Below, one piece after another: positions 8,392 to 16,227 of a stretch of DNA of 36,680 bases (the stretch's first letter is position 1; every line of letters begins with the position of its first letter). The stretch is from the IMG/VR virus record IMGVR_UViG_3300043171_000189, positions 1-36,680 of that record; one strand, given 5' to 3'. Source of the stretch: a virus. Taxonomy: Duplodnaviria > Caudoviricetes. A program made the position numbers and the translations under genes. The notes under the pieces are model-generated. The model ran no database searches and was not told where the DNA came from. It saw only the letters and a list, made by a program, of their open reading frames with translations.

Positions 8392-9006
8392 ATGCAAAAA
8401 TTAAACGTACAACCTACCAAGACACAAGCTGCAAAGATAACCGATAAACTCTTGTGTGCTGATCATGTCCTATCGGATCATGACAAGTCAATATTGTATT
8501 CTTACTTTGCATACTATGCAAAAGATGAAAAGAGCGAGACTGCACGGTTAAAGCGTTTCACTAAGCACCTATTAAGAAAACAGGATAACATTTACACCTT
8601 GACACACTTTGTTGTCGAAAACGGATTCGCTTTGATCAGTAACGGTCATTTTCTTGCAAAGATCAAAACAACACTTGTTGATGGTACGTACAATAAAAAG
8701 ATTGAAAAAGTAGAAGTAAAGAATTTTGAATATCCTATTTTACAGCGTATTATTGACGTTTGCGAAAAACACGTTGCTGTAAACGATTGCAAGTTTGAAG
8801 TAATTCCTGGCGATAATTTTGCAAAAGAATATTGTCACATCTTCACTGACTATGAGCGTGTAACACTCGATAATAAATATATGTCATTATTTGACCTTGA
8901 AAAGCCTTTGTATGTGTCAAGCGATAATGCAGCACATAACCCTATTATGCAGAAAATTAATGATGATGTGGTTATCATTATGCCTATTCAGTATGATAAG
9001 GAATAA
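8392..9006 (+). CDS. Hypothetical early protein with beta sliding-clamp-like motifs
   Basis: AAGGA RBS; SNGHFLA, EYPILQRII, LDNKYM and terminal IIMPI resemble DnaN domain II-III motifs. Confidence 0.55.
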   Translation: MQKLNVQPTKTQAAKITDKLLCADHVLSDHDKSILYSYFAYYAKDEKSETARLKRFTKHLLRKQDNIYTLTHFVVENGFALISNGHFLAKIKTTLVDGTYNKKIEKVEVKNFEYPILQRIIDVCEKHVAVNDCKFEVIPGDNFAKEYCHIFTDYERVTLDNKYMSLFDLEKPLYVSSDNAAHNPIMQKINDDVVIIMPIQYDKE

Positions 9007-9022
9007 AACATTAAAACTTTGA

Positions 9023-9042
9023 TGCACCTGGTAACGGGTGCA
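9023..9042 (+). other. Intergenic GNRA-tetraloop hairpin
   Basis: TGCACCTG-GTAA-CGGGTGCA, 8-bp stem with one G-U pair, no U tract. Confidence 0.55.
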
Positions 9043-9053
9043 ATGGTGAAATC

Positions 9054-9200
9054 ATGATTGAAACATTACTCATTATCGTTTTGTTCCCCATTGCCTGCAG
9101 TATAGTGCTTTACATGATCGGTTTGATCCTGGCAACACTGTTTGCCATTGGCCAGGCAATACAAGACACAATATACGACATTTATGATAGGTGGTTTTAA
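9054..9200 (+). CDS. 48-aa membrane peptide MIETLLIIVLFPIACSIVLYMIGLILATLFAIGQAIQDTIYDIYDRWF
   Basis: Manual translation; long hydrophobic stretch; stop lies 1 nt before the next ATG. Confidence 0.6.
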   Translation: MIETLLIIVLFPIACSIVLYMIGLILATLFAIGQAIQDTIYDIYDRWF

Positions 9201-9201
9201 T

Positions 9202-9399
9202 ATGAAATATTATATAATGCAGCTAGGACCGAACAGGAAACGACGATACGCTGTCCGGGCCATATCAAGACACGACGCAAATAAAAAAATGGTATCCTGG
9301 TTCGGTTACGGTGGTTGGTCAATCGTAGGACACACAGAAGTCAAACAGGATGTGTACAAGAAGTATAAATGCCATGTAATATCGGATGTGACACTATGA
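9202..9399 (+). CDS. Basic hypothetical protein (65 aa)
   Basis: Start revised to ATG 9202 (AGGTGG RBS); ATGA overlap with the next gene. Confidence 0.65.
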   Translation: MKYYIMQLGPNRKRRYAVRAISRHDANKKMVSWFGYGGWSIVGHTEVKQDVYKKYKCHVISDVTL

Positions 9400-9596
9400 A
9401 AAGAGAAAAACTTATAACACAGATTACTGACACAATACACAATGAAGTATCTAATCCTGCAGATGTTTACGCCTACTGTGATAACTGTTTGTTGTTCGAT
9501 AGTGTGTCAGGTGCCAAGTTTCATGGTGTATCAGAACAAGAATTTATATCAGCCGTAAATACCGCAGCTGATCGAGTAGTGGAGGCGAACAAGTGA
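9396..9596 (+). CDS. Hypothetical protein (66 aa)
   Basis: Start revised to ATG 9396 (ATGA coupling); GTGA coupling with the next ORF. Confidence 0.65.
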   Translation: MKREKLITQITDTIHNEVSNPADVYAYCDNCLLFDSVSGAKFHGVSEQEFISAVNTAADRVVEANK

Positions 9597-9727
9597 AAAA
9601 GGATATTAAAGAGTTTTGGGCCTGGATCAAAACAGCTGCAGACTATCGCCCAACCTTCTTACAACTTGCTGTGTTCGCATGGGTTGTGTCGTGGTTCCTT
9701 TCATTCTTACTCATAGGTGGAAAATAA
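9593..9727 (+). CDS. 44-aa membrane peptide MKKDIKEFWAWIKTAADYRPTFLQLAVFAWVVSWFLSFLLIGGK
   Basis: Manual translation; GGAGG RBS, GTG start overlapping the previous stop, TAATG coupling downstream; one C-terminal hydrophobic segment. Confidence 0.7.
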   Translation: MKKDIKEFWAWIKTAADYRPTFLQLAVFAWVVSWFLSFLLIGGK

Positions 9728-9942
9728 TGACACCGAAAATAGGAAGTAGGTGGGTTAGATCAAACAATATTTTTAGTCCTGGTGTGGGTGATTATAACGC
9801 ATATACTGTTTTTATAATAACCAATACTGAAAACTCCCATGTTAACCACCCACCGCAAGTAATATACCAAGGTGACAATGGTAACTGGTGGAGTTTACCA
9901 TTGGAGCAATGGCCGGGTAATTTGAAAAAAGAGGTGATATAA
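9727..9942 (+). CDS. Small beta-rich protein, DUF1653-like
   Basis: Start revised to ATG 9727; P-x2-GS-x-W ... YTV ... VIY ... G-x-WWS-x-PL pattern. Confidence 0.55.
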   Translation: MTPKIGSRWVRSNNIFSPGVGDYNAYTVFIITNTENSHVNHPPQVIYQGDNGNWWSLPLEQWPGNLKKEVI

Positions 9943-9995
9943 TGTTGATCGTTCTTTTTTGGTGTGTGGTAATCGTAGCAATAGAAATAACTTAA
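9942..9995 (+). CDS. Possible 17-aa hydrophobic peptide MLIVLFWCVVIVAIEIT
   Basis: GAGGT RBS and TAATG coupling, but very short. Confidence 0.35.
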   Translation: MLIVLFWCVVIVAIEIT

Positions 9996-10066
9996 CTTTA
10001 ACCTGGGAGATATAATCGATTAACACATGATCGTTTGCAACGGATAGCAAGGTAGTTCAACATAAA

Positions 10067-10110
10067 ACACAAAAAAGCTCTTACATTGACTTGTAAGAGC
10101 TTTTTTGTGT
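10067..10110. terminator. Bidirectional intrinsic terminator
   Basis: Perfect 19-bp inverted repeat ACACAAAAAAGCTCTTACA / TGTAAGAGCTTTTTTGTGT with a 6-nt loop and A/T tracts on both sides, between convergent blocks. Confidence 0.9.
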
Positions 10111-10134
10111 CCGGGTATATGATACTATGCTTTT

Positions 10135-12525
10135 TTACTTTTCGAGCAGGTGTTCGCCCCTAACCGGCATAGTTTTAGCGATAACGCCTCTTGTGTTGAG
10201 TACTTTTTCCTCCCGTTCTTTTTTATCCCGGTACTTAGCTTTAACGGTTTTAATACGTCGCTCATTATATCTCTCTCTTATTGTAGGGTTGACCGCATAG
10301 GTGTCGGACCTATTAAGGCCCTTTTCAATCCTCATGATAACACCTGTTTCAGATAGGAAATCAAGGCTTTCCTCCATTCTCCTTTGTTGCTCGAACACTG
10401 TATACTTTTCAAGTTGTTTACGTGCTGACTTTTGAACCACTGCCCGGGTAAAAGATTCTTCTTCACCTGTTATAATCCAATCGAAAACCCATTCGTCTAG
10501 TGGCTGCGTGCCGGATAGCATCGACACATCTCGCAGCGTATAGAACACGTACGATTTCATAAACTCGATTGCTTCTAACATACGCTCAACGGGTACCGTG
10601 ATTGTTTCAGGTGCTGTGGCCAGGTGGAAGATAAAAGCATAGCGACCACATAGGCCAAGCATTTTACCCAAGGCCGATTGGAAACCATAGGGCGATCCTA
10701 TCAGAGCATGGTCCTGCTGCTTTTCGTTTACCCATAGCTCGAACTCTCTAAATGCTTTTGTGGCTTCAGATTCAAGATTGTAATAGGTCGATTCTGTGCT
10801 TTTGATTCTGCGGAGCAGACTTTCCCATAGTGGCGCCACGCTCATAAAGTCTGGAAACTCGCTCGATATATTGGTGCATTTATCAAGCGGTACCACAAAA
10901 GGTGTAAACCGTTGGAATAGGCCATCCTCTTCAAGGTTCTTTATATTCTTCGATAGGACTGCCGGTTGAATATTCACATAGGCAGATACTGCCAAATTGT
11001 CTATTTGAATAGTGCCACGGCCGACACGATCGAATATGTAACTATCTGCCTCATAGGACTGCGTCCAGAATGATCGATCTTCTGACCCTTGAGGATTACA
11101 TATCTTGTCGAACCATGTTTTACCCTCATCAAGTACCAGGGATAAACCATCGGGCCTACGTTCTATAAGGTCAACCACTTTCTGCGATGTTGCATCGGTA
11201 AAGGTAAAACGTAGTGGTAGTGGTGGTATAGGTTCCTTCGGTACGAATGGTAATTGATCCATGCGCATGCCGTCAGCAATCCACTCTGCAGATTCTGACG
11301 CTTTGAGACTATTCTTTTCAGCACTGGCCCATGATGCCAAGTGTGCTTTGTATACCTTAGCTTCAATAAGGTATCTTTCTCGATCTTCAATCTCGAATTT
11401 CTTAAAAGCTGCAAACATCGGTTTGGAGGCCGGTGACTTCTTGGCTGCAGGTGGTGCAACGACGATGTTCCAGGCTACAGGTGGGACGGTATAACCTGGT
11501 TGTAGTTCTAGCTCGGCATTACTGTTTGCTGCTGTACAGATGGCAGTGAGGCCGGCTGCGATAGGCACGATGGGGTTGGCACCGATCTTGTGTGCGAGTT
11601 CTTCAGCATAATCGCATAGCACCTTTGGTATAATGTGCATAGGCATATCTGGTATAAACCGCTTCTCGAAGATCATATCATCATCGGTCTCGCAGGCGAT
11701 CTCTCTGAATACCTCTAGTGCCTGCTCAAGTGATGGTCCGTAACCACCTTTGACTGCATAGAAGTATAACGACTTCCCTGAAATACCATCGGTTCTAGTC
11801 TTGAACGATTGCCACTGGCCAAGGCAGTCTTGTTCACTTATGTACTTACCCTTCTCGGTTGCCCGGGCAGACCACTCATGCCATATAGGGAAATACTGTG
11901 GGTTGAAACTGTGAAGAGCGAAACCAATGTTAACCCATGTCATGCGATCACAGTCAGGGTTACAATGGTTGAGTAACTTCCTTACTTCTTCTGCACCAGG
12001 ATCGTCAGCAGGTGGTGCGGTCATCGGCACTACCGCAGGCTTTAACAGATCGAGGTGCCACTCCAATAAATCATTCGGATAGAAGGGTATATTTCTAAAA
12101 TCACCGATCCAGAAATATGGTTCATTTGTGTCTGGATGTATCGAGGGTGGGAGTACATCTTGGTTCCCAATGCAGCGAAAGTTAATAACATCCTTTCCAT
12201 TCTGCGACACTTTCTTAGACTGCATAGCGAACGGAAGTCGATATATGAGTTTACCATGGTTTGATACTCCCGAGCATATTTGCACACCGGTCATTAGATA
12301 CATATCGATGTTGATACCACGCTCTAATGCTAAAGCTCTTGTGGCCTCAAGGTTATCGATGTCTATTGCTATGGTGCCTGAATGCTCATGTAATAATCCG
12401 TGAGAATAACCATCGATTGGTTCATCAAGTGGATTCTTTTGCCACTCTGTGCCGATGGGCTTTTTGGTGCCTGGTTCAATAAGGCATAGTTTGAGATGCC
12501 CAATGTAGTCACTGAATTGGGTCAT
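10135..12525 (-). CDS. Primase-helicase: Prim-Pol + PriCT-2 + DUF3987-like ATPase
   Basis: K-x-P...WQ, AIDID, H-x2-IY and VLPPSIHP-x-T-x2-PY-x-W (Prim-Pol); DRMTWVNIGFALH...W-x2-WS (PriCT-2); DAT, LDEG and DGLFQRF (DUF3987-like). Confidence 0.88.
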   Translation of the reverse strand: MTQFSDYIGHLKLCLIEPGTKKPIGTEWQKNPLDEPIDGYSHGLLHEHSGTIAIDIDNLEATRALALERGINIDMYLMTGVQICSGVSNHGKLIYRLPFAMQSKKVSQNGKDVINFRCIGNQDVLPPSIHPDTNEPYFWIGDFRNIPFYPNDLLEWHLDLLKPAVVPMTAPPADDPGAEEVRKLLNHCNPDCDRMTWVNIGFALHSFNPQYFPIWHEWSARATEKGKYISEQDCLGQWQSFKTRTDGISGKSLYFYAVKGGYGPSLEQALEVFREIACETDDDMIFEKRFIPDMPMHIIPKVLCDYAEELAHKIGANPIVPIAAGLTAICTAANSNAELELQPGYTVPPVAWNIVVAPPAAKKSPASKPMFAAFKKFEIEDRERYLIEAKVYKAHLASWASAEKNSLKASESAEWIADGMRMDQLPFVPKEPIPPLPLRFTFTDATSQKVVDLIERRPDGLSLVLDEGKTWFDKICNPQGSEDRSFWTQSYEADSYIFDRVGRGTIQIDNLAVSAYVNIQPAVLSKNIKNLEEDGLFQRFTPFVVPLDKCTNISSEFPDFMSVAPLWESLLRRIKSTESTYYNLESEATKAFREFELWVNEKQQDHALIGSPYGFQSALGKMLGLCGRYAFIFHLATAPETITVPVERMLEAIEFMKSYVFYTLRDVSMLSGTQPLDEWVFDWIITGEEESFTRAVVQKSARKQLEKYTVFEQQRRMEESLDFLSETGVIMRIEKGLNRSDTYAVNPTIRERYNERRIKTVKAKYRDKKEREEKVLNTRGVIAKTMPVRGEHLLEK

Positions 12526-12528
12526 GAT

Positions 12529-12708
12529 CTAGTCCTTTTCGGATTCGAGGTATTGGGATAATGCTTCAATAAGATAGTACGGTCCTTCTGTTGCATCTTC
12601 TGAGTTATACCAGTTGTACAACCTATAATATGATATGTTTGTTTTCCTGGCCACGGCACTCAGGTTTCTGTCTTGCAGCTTCTTCTTTATCTCTTCTGGG
12701 TGTAGCAT
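12529..12708 (-). CDS. 59-aa Cro-like HTH protein MLHPEEIKKKLQDRNLSAVARKTNISYYRLYNW...
   Basis: Below the ORF-track cutoff; AAGGAG RBS; HTH pattern LSAVARKTNISYYRLYNW; immediately upstream of the primase. Confidence 0.85.
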   Translation of the reverse strand: MLHPEEIKKKLQDRNLSAVARKTNISYYRLYNWYNSEDATEGPYYLIEALSQYLESEKD

Positions 12709-12728
12709 TATGATCTCCTTAGTAAAGT

Positions 12729-12914
12729 TTAGTATATAAGTTTAGCATTTGAATATGTGTCTGATATAAATATAGCAAGCTGTTGTTCTATTGATGTTAA
12801 TGCAATGTCCTTTCCTGCCTTATCCATCAATCCAACAAAAGCATCAGCTTCAACAGGTGTTTCAATTATTATGGTAATAGGTTCAAACTCTGCAGGTTTC
12901 TGTGTGATCTTCAT
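12729..12914 (-). CDS. Hypothetical protein (61 aa)
   Basis: Start revised to MKITQK at 12914 with AAGGAG RBS; FEPITIIIET-x2-EA motif common in small phage genes. Confidence 0.7.
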   Translation of the reverse strand: MKITQKPAEFEPITIIIETPVEADAFVGLMDKAGKDIALTSIEQQLAIFISDTYSNAKLIY

Positions 12915-12943
12915 TATGCTCTCCTTATTAGAGGGTTTATGTA

Positions 12944-13150
12944 TTAACAAACTCGAAAGTAGTTGTTTTGATACACCAATATTATAGGGTATCCATGCAG
13001 TGTTGGGTCGTCACCACACCTATGTTGCCACGCATACTCCTTAGTGTTTCTCAGGTTGTGAAATTCCTCATTACCGAGATATATTGCTTTTGGTGGTTCC
13101 TCATTTTCTTTTATAAACTTACATATCTCGTTTGCTATTTTATCATACAT
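12944..13150 (-). CDS. 68-aa protein resembling the C-terminal A-domain of HK97-fold capsid proteins
   Basis: AAGGAG RBS, first gene after the leftward promoter; PKAIYL...LRNTKEYAWQ...PTLHGYPIILV. Confidence 0.6.
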   Translation of the reverse strand: MYDKIANEICKFIKENEEPPKAIYLGNEEFHNLRNTKEYAWQHRCGDDPTLHGYPIILVYQNNYFRVC

Positions 13151-13180
13151 TTCACTCTCCTTATGTATTGGTGTATTGTC

Positions 13181-13209
13181 TTTATAGATAATATTTTAAG
13201 AATAAGCAA
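13181..13209 (-). promoter_or_regulatory. Leftward sigma70-like promoter
   Basis: Minus strand TTGCTT (13209-13204), 17 nt, TATAAA (13186-13181). Confidence 0.55.
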
Positions 13210-13238
13210 TAAATATTTCACAATGGTTAAAATAATTG

Positions 13239-13266
13239 TTGCAATGATAAAAATACGTGATATAGT
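13239..13266 (+). promoter_or_regulatory. Rightward sigma70-like promoter for the replication block
   Basis: TTGCAA (13239-13244), 16 nt, extended -10 TGaTATAGT (13258-13266). Confidence 0.6.
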
Positions 13267-13321
13267 CTTATCAACATCAGGAACGAATCCTGAAACCAAA
13301 ACCCTTTAACAGGAGAAACAA

Positions 13322-13822
13322 ATGTCCCAATTGAATGTAGACTTAAACGATTACGAATCCCGAACCCTTGCATTACGAATCCTCAACATGATTGAAGAAA
13401 CAATTCTGTCTCCCTCGGCACCAGTAGTAGAAACAAACGCTGTTCATCCTCTCCCAACTCAACCAGTAGTAGAAACACCTGCAGTAGTTATTACTGGACC
13501 AACACCTGAGCAGGTTGCTGCTAAGGCACTTGAGGTTCAGCAAGCAAACGCTGCTCTTGCTACCAAACAAGCTGCTGAAGCACTTGCTGCCCAAACAACT
13601 CAAACCGTTATAACTCAAACTGTACCTGCAGCAGGTTGTCCTATCATTGATCAGGCATCACTTGTTAAGTATGTGATGGAATCCTTCCAGGCACTTGGTG
13701 CTGTAAAGGGTGCGGGCATTCAGACAGTTCTTGGTGAGTTCGGTTATACTCACATGAACCAGGTTACTGCTGAAAATTACGCAGGTTTTCACGCTAAAGT
13801 TGAAGCACTCAAGGTGGCTTAA
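13322..13822 (+). CDS. Conserved replication-module protein with Pro/Ala/Thr linker and small helical C-terminal domain
   Basis: AGGAG RBS; usual position upstream of DUF2800-type nucleases; internal PVVET duplication. Confidence 0.7.
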   Translation: MSQLNVDLNDYESRTLALRILNMIEETILSPSAPVVETNAVHPLPTQPVVETPAVVITGPTPEQVAAKALEVQQANAALATKQAAEALAAQTTQTVITQTVPAAGCPIIDQASLVKYVMESFQALGAVKGAGIQTVLGEFGYTHMNQVTAENYAGFHAKVEALKVA

Positions 13823-13823
13823 T

Positions 13824-13997
13824 ATGCCTGCTGAATTTATCGATAAGCGAAAACCTGCTCGCCCCAACTGTGGAACATTTAATATTCAATGTCATAATTG
13901 TGGTAGTTGGGGTGTAAGGGTAAGTAATTTTAGTAGGGATGGTGAAGAGGGCATTCGCCTCACTTGTACAGAATGTAACAACAAGGAGGAATTATAA
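13824..13997 (+). CDS. Small Zn-ribbon protein
   Basis: CHNC...CTEC; start revised to ATG 13824; TAATG coupling downstream. Confidence 0.65.
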   Translation: MPAEFIDKRKPARPNCGTFNIQCHNCGSWGVRVSNFSRDGEEGIRLTCTECNNKEEL

Positions 13998-15274
13998 TGA
14001 GCACTCATTCCAAACTAAGCCCTTCTAAACGGGCCCGATGGAGTGCTTGTCCTGGCTCTATCCGAATGTGTGAGGGTATCCCAAGCAAAGCAGGTAAAGC
14101 TGCTATCGACGGTACCAAAACTCACTTTGTACTTGAGTTGTGTATTCTCGGTGTCAAAGCACCTGTAACCGGTGAGCTTTACACTCACCCTGAACTTGGC
14201 CCATTCGTTCTTGAGGAAGATCGAAGAGAGCGTGTACAGTTCACTCTTGACTACATTGCTAAACGAGTTGAAACACTTGGTGGAGCACAAGCCGTCAAGG
14301 TAACTGCTGAGACCTATTTTAATAACTCTGAGTTGTTTGGTCGTGATGACCTTAATGGTACTGCTGATGTAATTCTTGAGTCTGCTGACTTCCTGGAAGT
14401 TATCGATCTCAAGGATGGTATGAGCCCTGTATCTGCTGTGAACAACAAGCAGGCTGAACTGTATACTGTAGGTGCCTTGTTTATGGCAGCTGATACTGTG
14501 CAGAATGTTCGCATGACCATCGTTCAACCTAAGATGCGGTTCAACGGTGAGAGTGGTATCTCTATATGGGATGTTGATGCAGCCTACATTGGATCACTTG
14601 TGAAGATTATCGGTGATGAAGCTGATGCTACTGATGATCCTGAAGCACCTTGCGTATCTGGTGAAGAGCAGTGTAAGTGGTGCCCGGCTAAAGGTGGATG
14701 CTATGCTGTTCACAATGCAGTCACTGCAGCTATCGGTGTTAGTTTCCAGGCAGTAGACATACCGAAGGAAGTGGCTACCATAAACCCCGAGGTTGTCGAT
14801 GACGAGAAGCTACGTGATATGGTGCAAGCACTACCTCTTCTGCGTCAACTTGCTGATGTAGTCGAGATAGAAGCACTCAGACGCTTCGAACTTGGTCAAG
14901 CTGTTCCTGGACTGAAAGTAATTCGTGGTCGAGGTTCTAAAACCTGGGCAAAAACGGATGAAGAGGTTATAAAGAAGTTGACCTCATTAAAAATTCCAAA
15001 AGATAAACGTACCAGTAGTAAACCAATCACTTCTACTCAGACACTTAAAATTAAGTGGACCAACAGTAAAGGCGAAGAGTGTGCACTCACACCGAGACAA
15101 ATCAAAGTCCTGACCGACGATTATATTTCTCTCAATGAGGGTAAGCTCAAGGTTGTATCAGAGAATGCACCAGGCAAACCTGTGGTAATGGTAATACCTG
15201 ATGCGTTTAAACCCGTAATCGCAGAAACCGAAACAGTAGCGGAAATCGAAATCCCTGAATGGATGAAAATGTAG
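13997..15274 (+). CDS. Cas4-like PD-(D/E)XK exonuclease (DUF2800 family)
   Basis: HS-x-LSPS...RW-x2-CPGS, GT-x2-H, GTAD...VIDLK-x-G, N-x-Q-x2-LY, TIVQP and C-x2-C-x5-C. Confidence 0.88.
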   Translation: MSTHSKLSPSKRARWSACPGSIRMCEGIPSKAGKAAIDGTKTHFVLELCILGVKAPVTGELYTHPELGPFVLEEDRRERVQFTLDYIAKRVETLGGAQAVKVTAETYFNNSELFGRDDLNGTADVILESADFLEVIDLKDGMSPVSAVNNKQAELYTVGALFMAADTVQNVRMTIVQPKMRFNGESGISIWDVDAAYIGSLVKIIGDEADATDDPEAPCVSGEEQCKWCPAKGGCYAVHNAVTAAIGVSFQAVDIPKEVATINPEVVDDEKLRDMVQALPLLRQLADVVEIEALRRFELGQAVPGLKVIRGRGSKTWAKTDEEVIKKLTSLKIPKDKRTSSKPITSTQTLKIKWTNSKGEECALTPRQIKVLTDDYISLNEGKLKVVSENAPGKPVVMVIPDAFKPVIAETETVAEIEIPEWMKM

Positions 15275-15303
15275 TTCAATCCCAATCTCAAATGGAGAAA
15301 GTT

Positions 15304-15969
15304 ATGAAATTAGACGGAAATTTAATCATGGTTCAGAACGTGCGTTGTGCTTACCCTAACCTCACTAAGCCATCTCGACCAGATGCATACCCGAATAGCC
15401 CTTTGATGTTTTCACTGGACATGATCATCCCGAATACCGATGCTGTTGTGGCTGAGACCACGGCTATGATTCAACAACTCGCTGCTGATAAGTGGAAAGA
15501 TGCTGTTGTTTATCAGTTAGGTGAAATTGCCAGTAATAAGAAGGCACGTAGTTACGGGCCTAGTGAGGAGAAAGTTGACAAAATGGGTGTACGTAAGGCC
15601 GATATCTTTCCCGATGGTCATTGCATCGTTACTGCTAAAGGTAAAGAAGAGGAACCACCTGCCTTAATTGACTCACAAGGTAAGTCTTTGGATTTCGTTC
15701 GTAACAACAATGAGTGGATGGATATTGCCAAGTCTATCTATGCAGGTTGTCGGGTAAACTGTATCTTTCGCCCATGGTTGCGTCTTGCTAATCCTGGTGT
15801 ATCGTTCACCTTGGTTGCTGTACAGTTTGCAGGTGATGCTGAGAAGTTCGCCTCAGTATCTGCACCGAATGTTGATGGTATGTTCGGGGCTGTTGCCGGT
15901 CCTGCGCCAGTGATGGGGAGTTTCACACCTCCACCTGCTGCCGGTGATGTGCCGGACTTCATGAAGTAA
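15304..15969 (+). CDS. ssDNA-binding protein (DUF2815 / T7 gp2.5-like)
   Basis: NVR-x2-YP-x-L, IYAGC-x-VN, GVSF-x-L-x-AVQF-x2-D-x-E-x-F and a flexible tail ending DVPDFMK; start revised to ATG 15304 (GGAG RBS). Confidence 0.82.
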   Translation: MKLDGNLIMVQNVRCAYPNLTKPSRPDAYPNSPLMFSLDMIIPNTDAVVAETTAMIQQLAADKWKDAVVYQLGEIASNKKARSYGPSEEKVDKMGVRKADIFPDGHCIVTAKGKEEEPPALIDSQGKSLDFVRNNNEWMDIAKSIYAGCRVNCIFRPWLRLANPGVSFTLVAVQFAGDAEKFASVSAPNVDGMFGAVAGPAPVMGSFTPPPAAGDVPDFMK

Positions 15970-15986
15970 AAACCAGTAGCTCCAAC

Positions 15987-16015
15987 ACCTGCAGTGTTTC
16001 AAACACACTGCAGGT
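15987..16015. other. Intergenic hairpin after the SSB gene
   Basis: ACCTGCAGTGT (15987-15997), 7-nt loop, ACACTGCAGGT (16005-16015); perfect 11-bp stem with no real U tract. Confidence 0.65.
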
Positions 16016-16038
16016 TCATAAACTCAAAAGGTGTTGTG

Positions 16039-16227
16039 ATGGGACAGCGACAAATTACACCGCTTGAAATATCAGAGATTCAGATATGGGAATGTGATCG
16101 ATGTGGTGCAACAGCATTAACGTTGGATTATTTACCAGGTTGGAAAAGTGTTACGGAAGATGGTCAATGGGTGGAATGTCCTATTGATGAGTTATTATGC
16201 CCAACGTGTTTAAAAGGAAGGGAATAA
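16039..16227 (+). CDS. Small Zn-finger protein
   Basis: CDRC...LPGW...LCPTC; abuts the polymerase start; start revised to ATG 16039. Confidence 0.65.
   Translation: MGQRQITPLEISEIQIWECDRCGATALTLDYLPGWKSVTEDGQWVECPIDELLCPTCLKGRE

Noticed and set aside
13997-15274. Cas4 as evidence of a CRISPR-Cas system
   Set aside because: It sits in a standard phage replication module (DUF2800-type) with no other cas genes.
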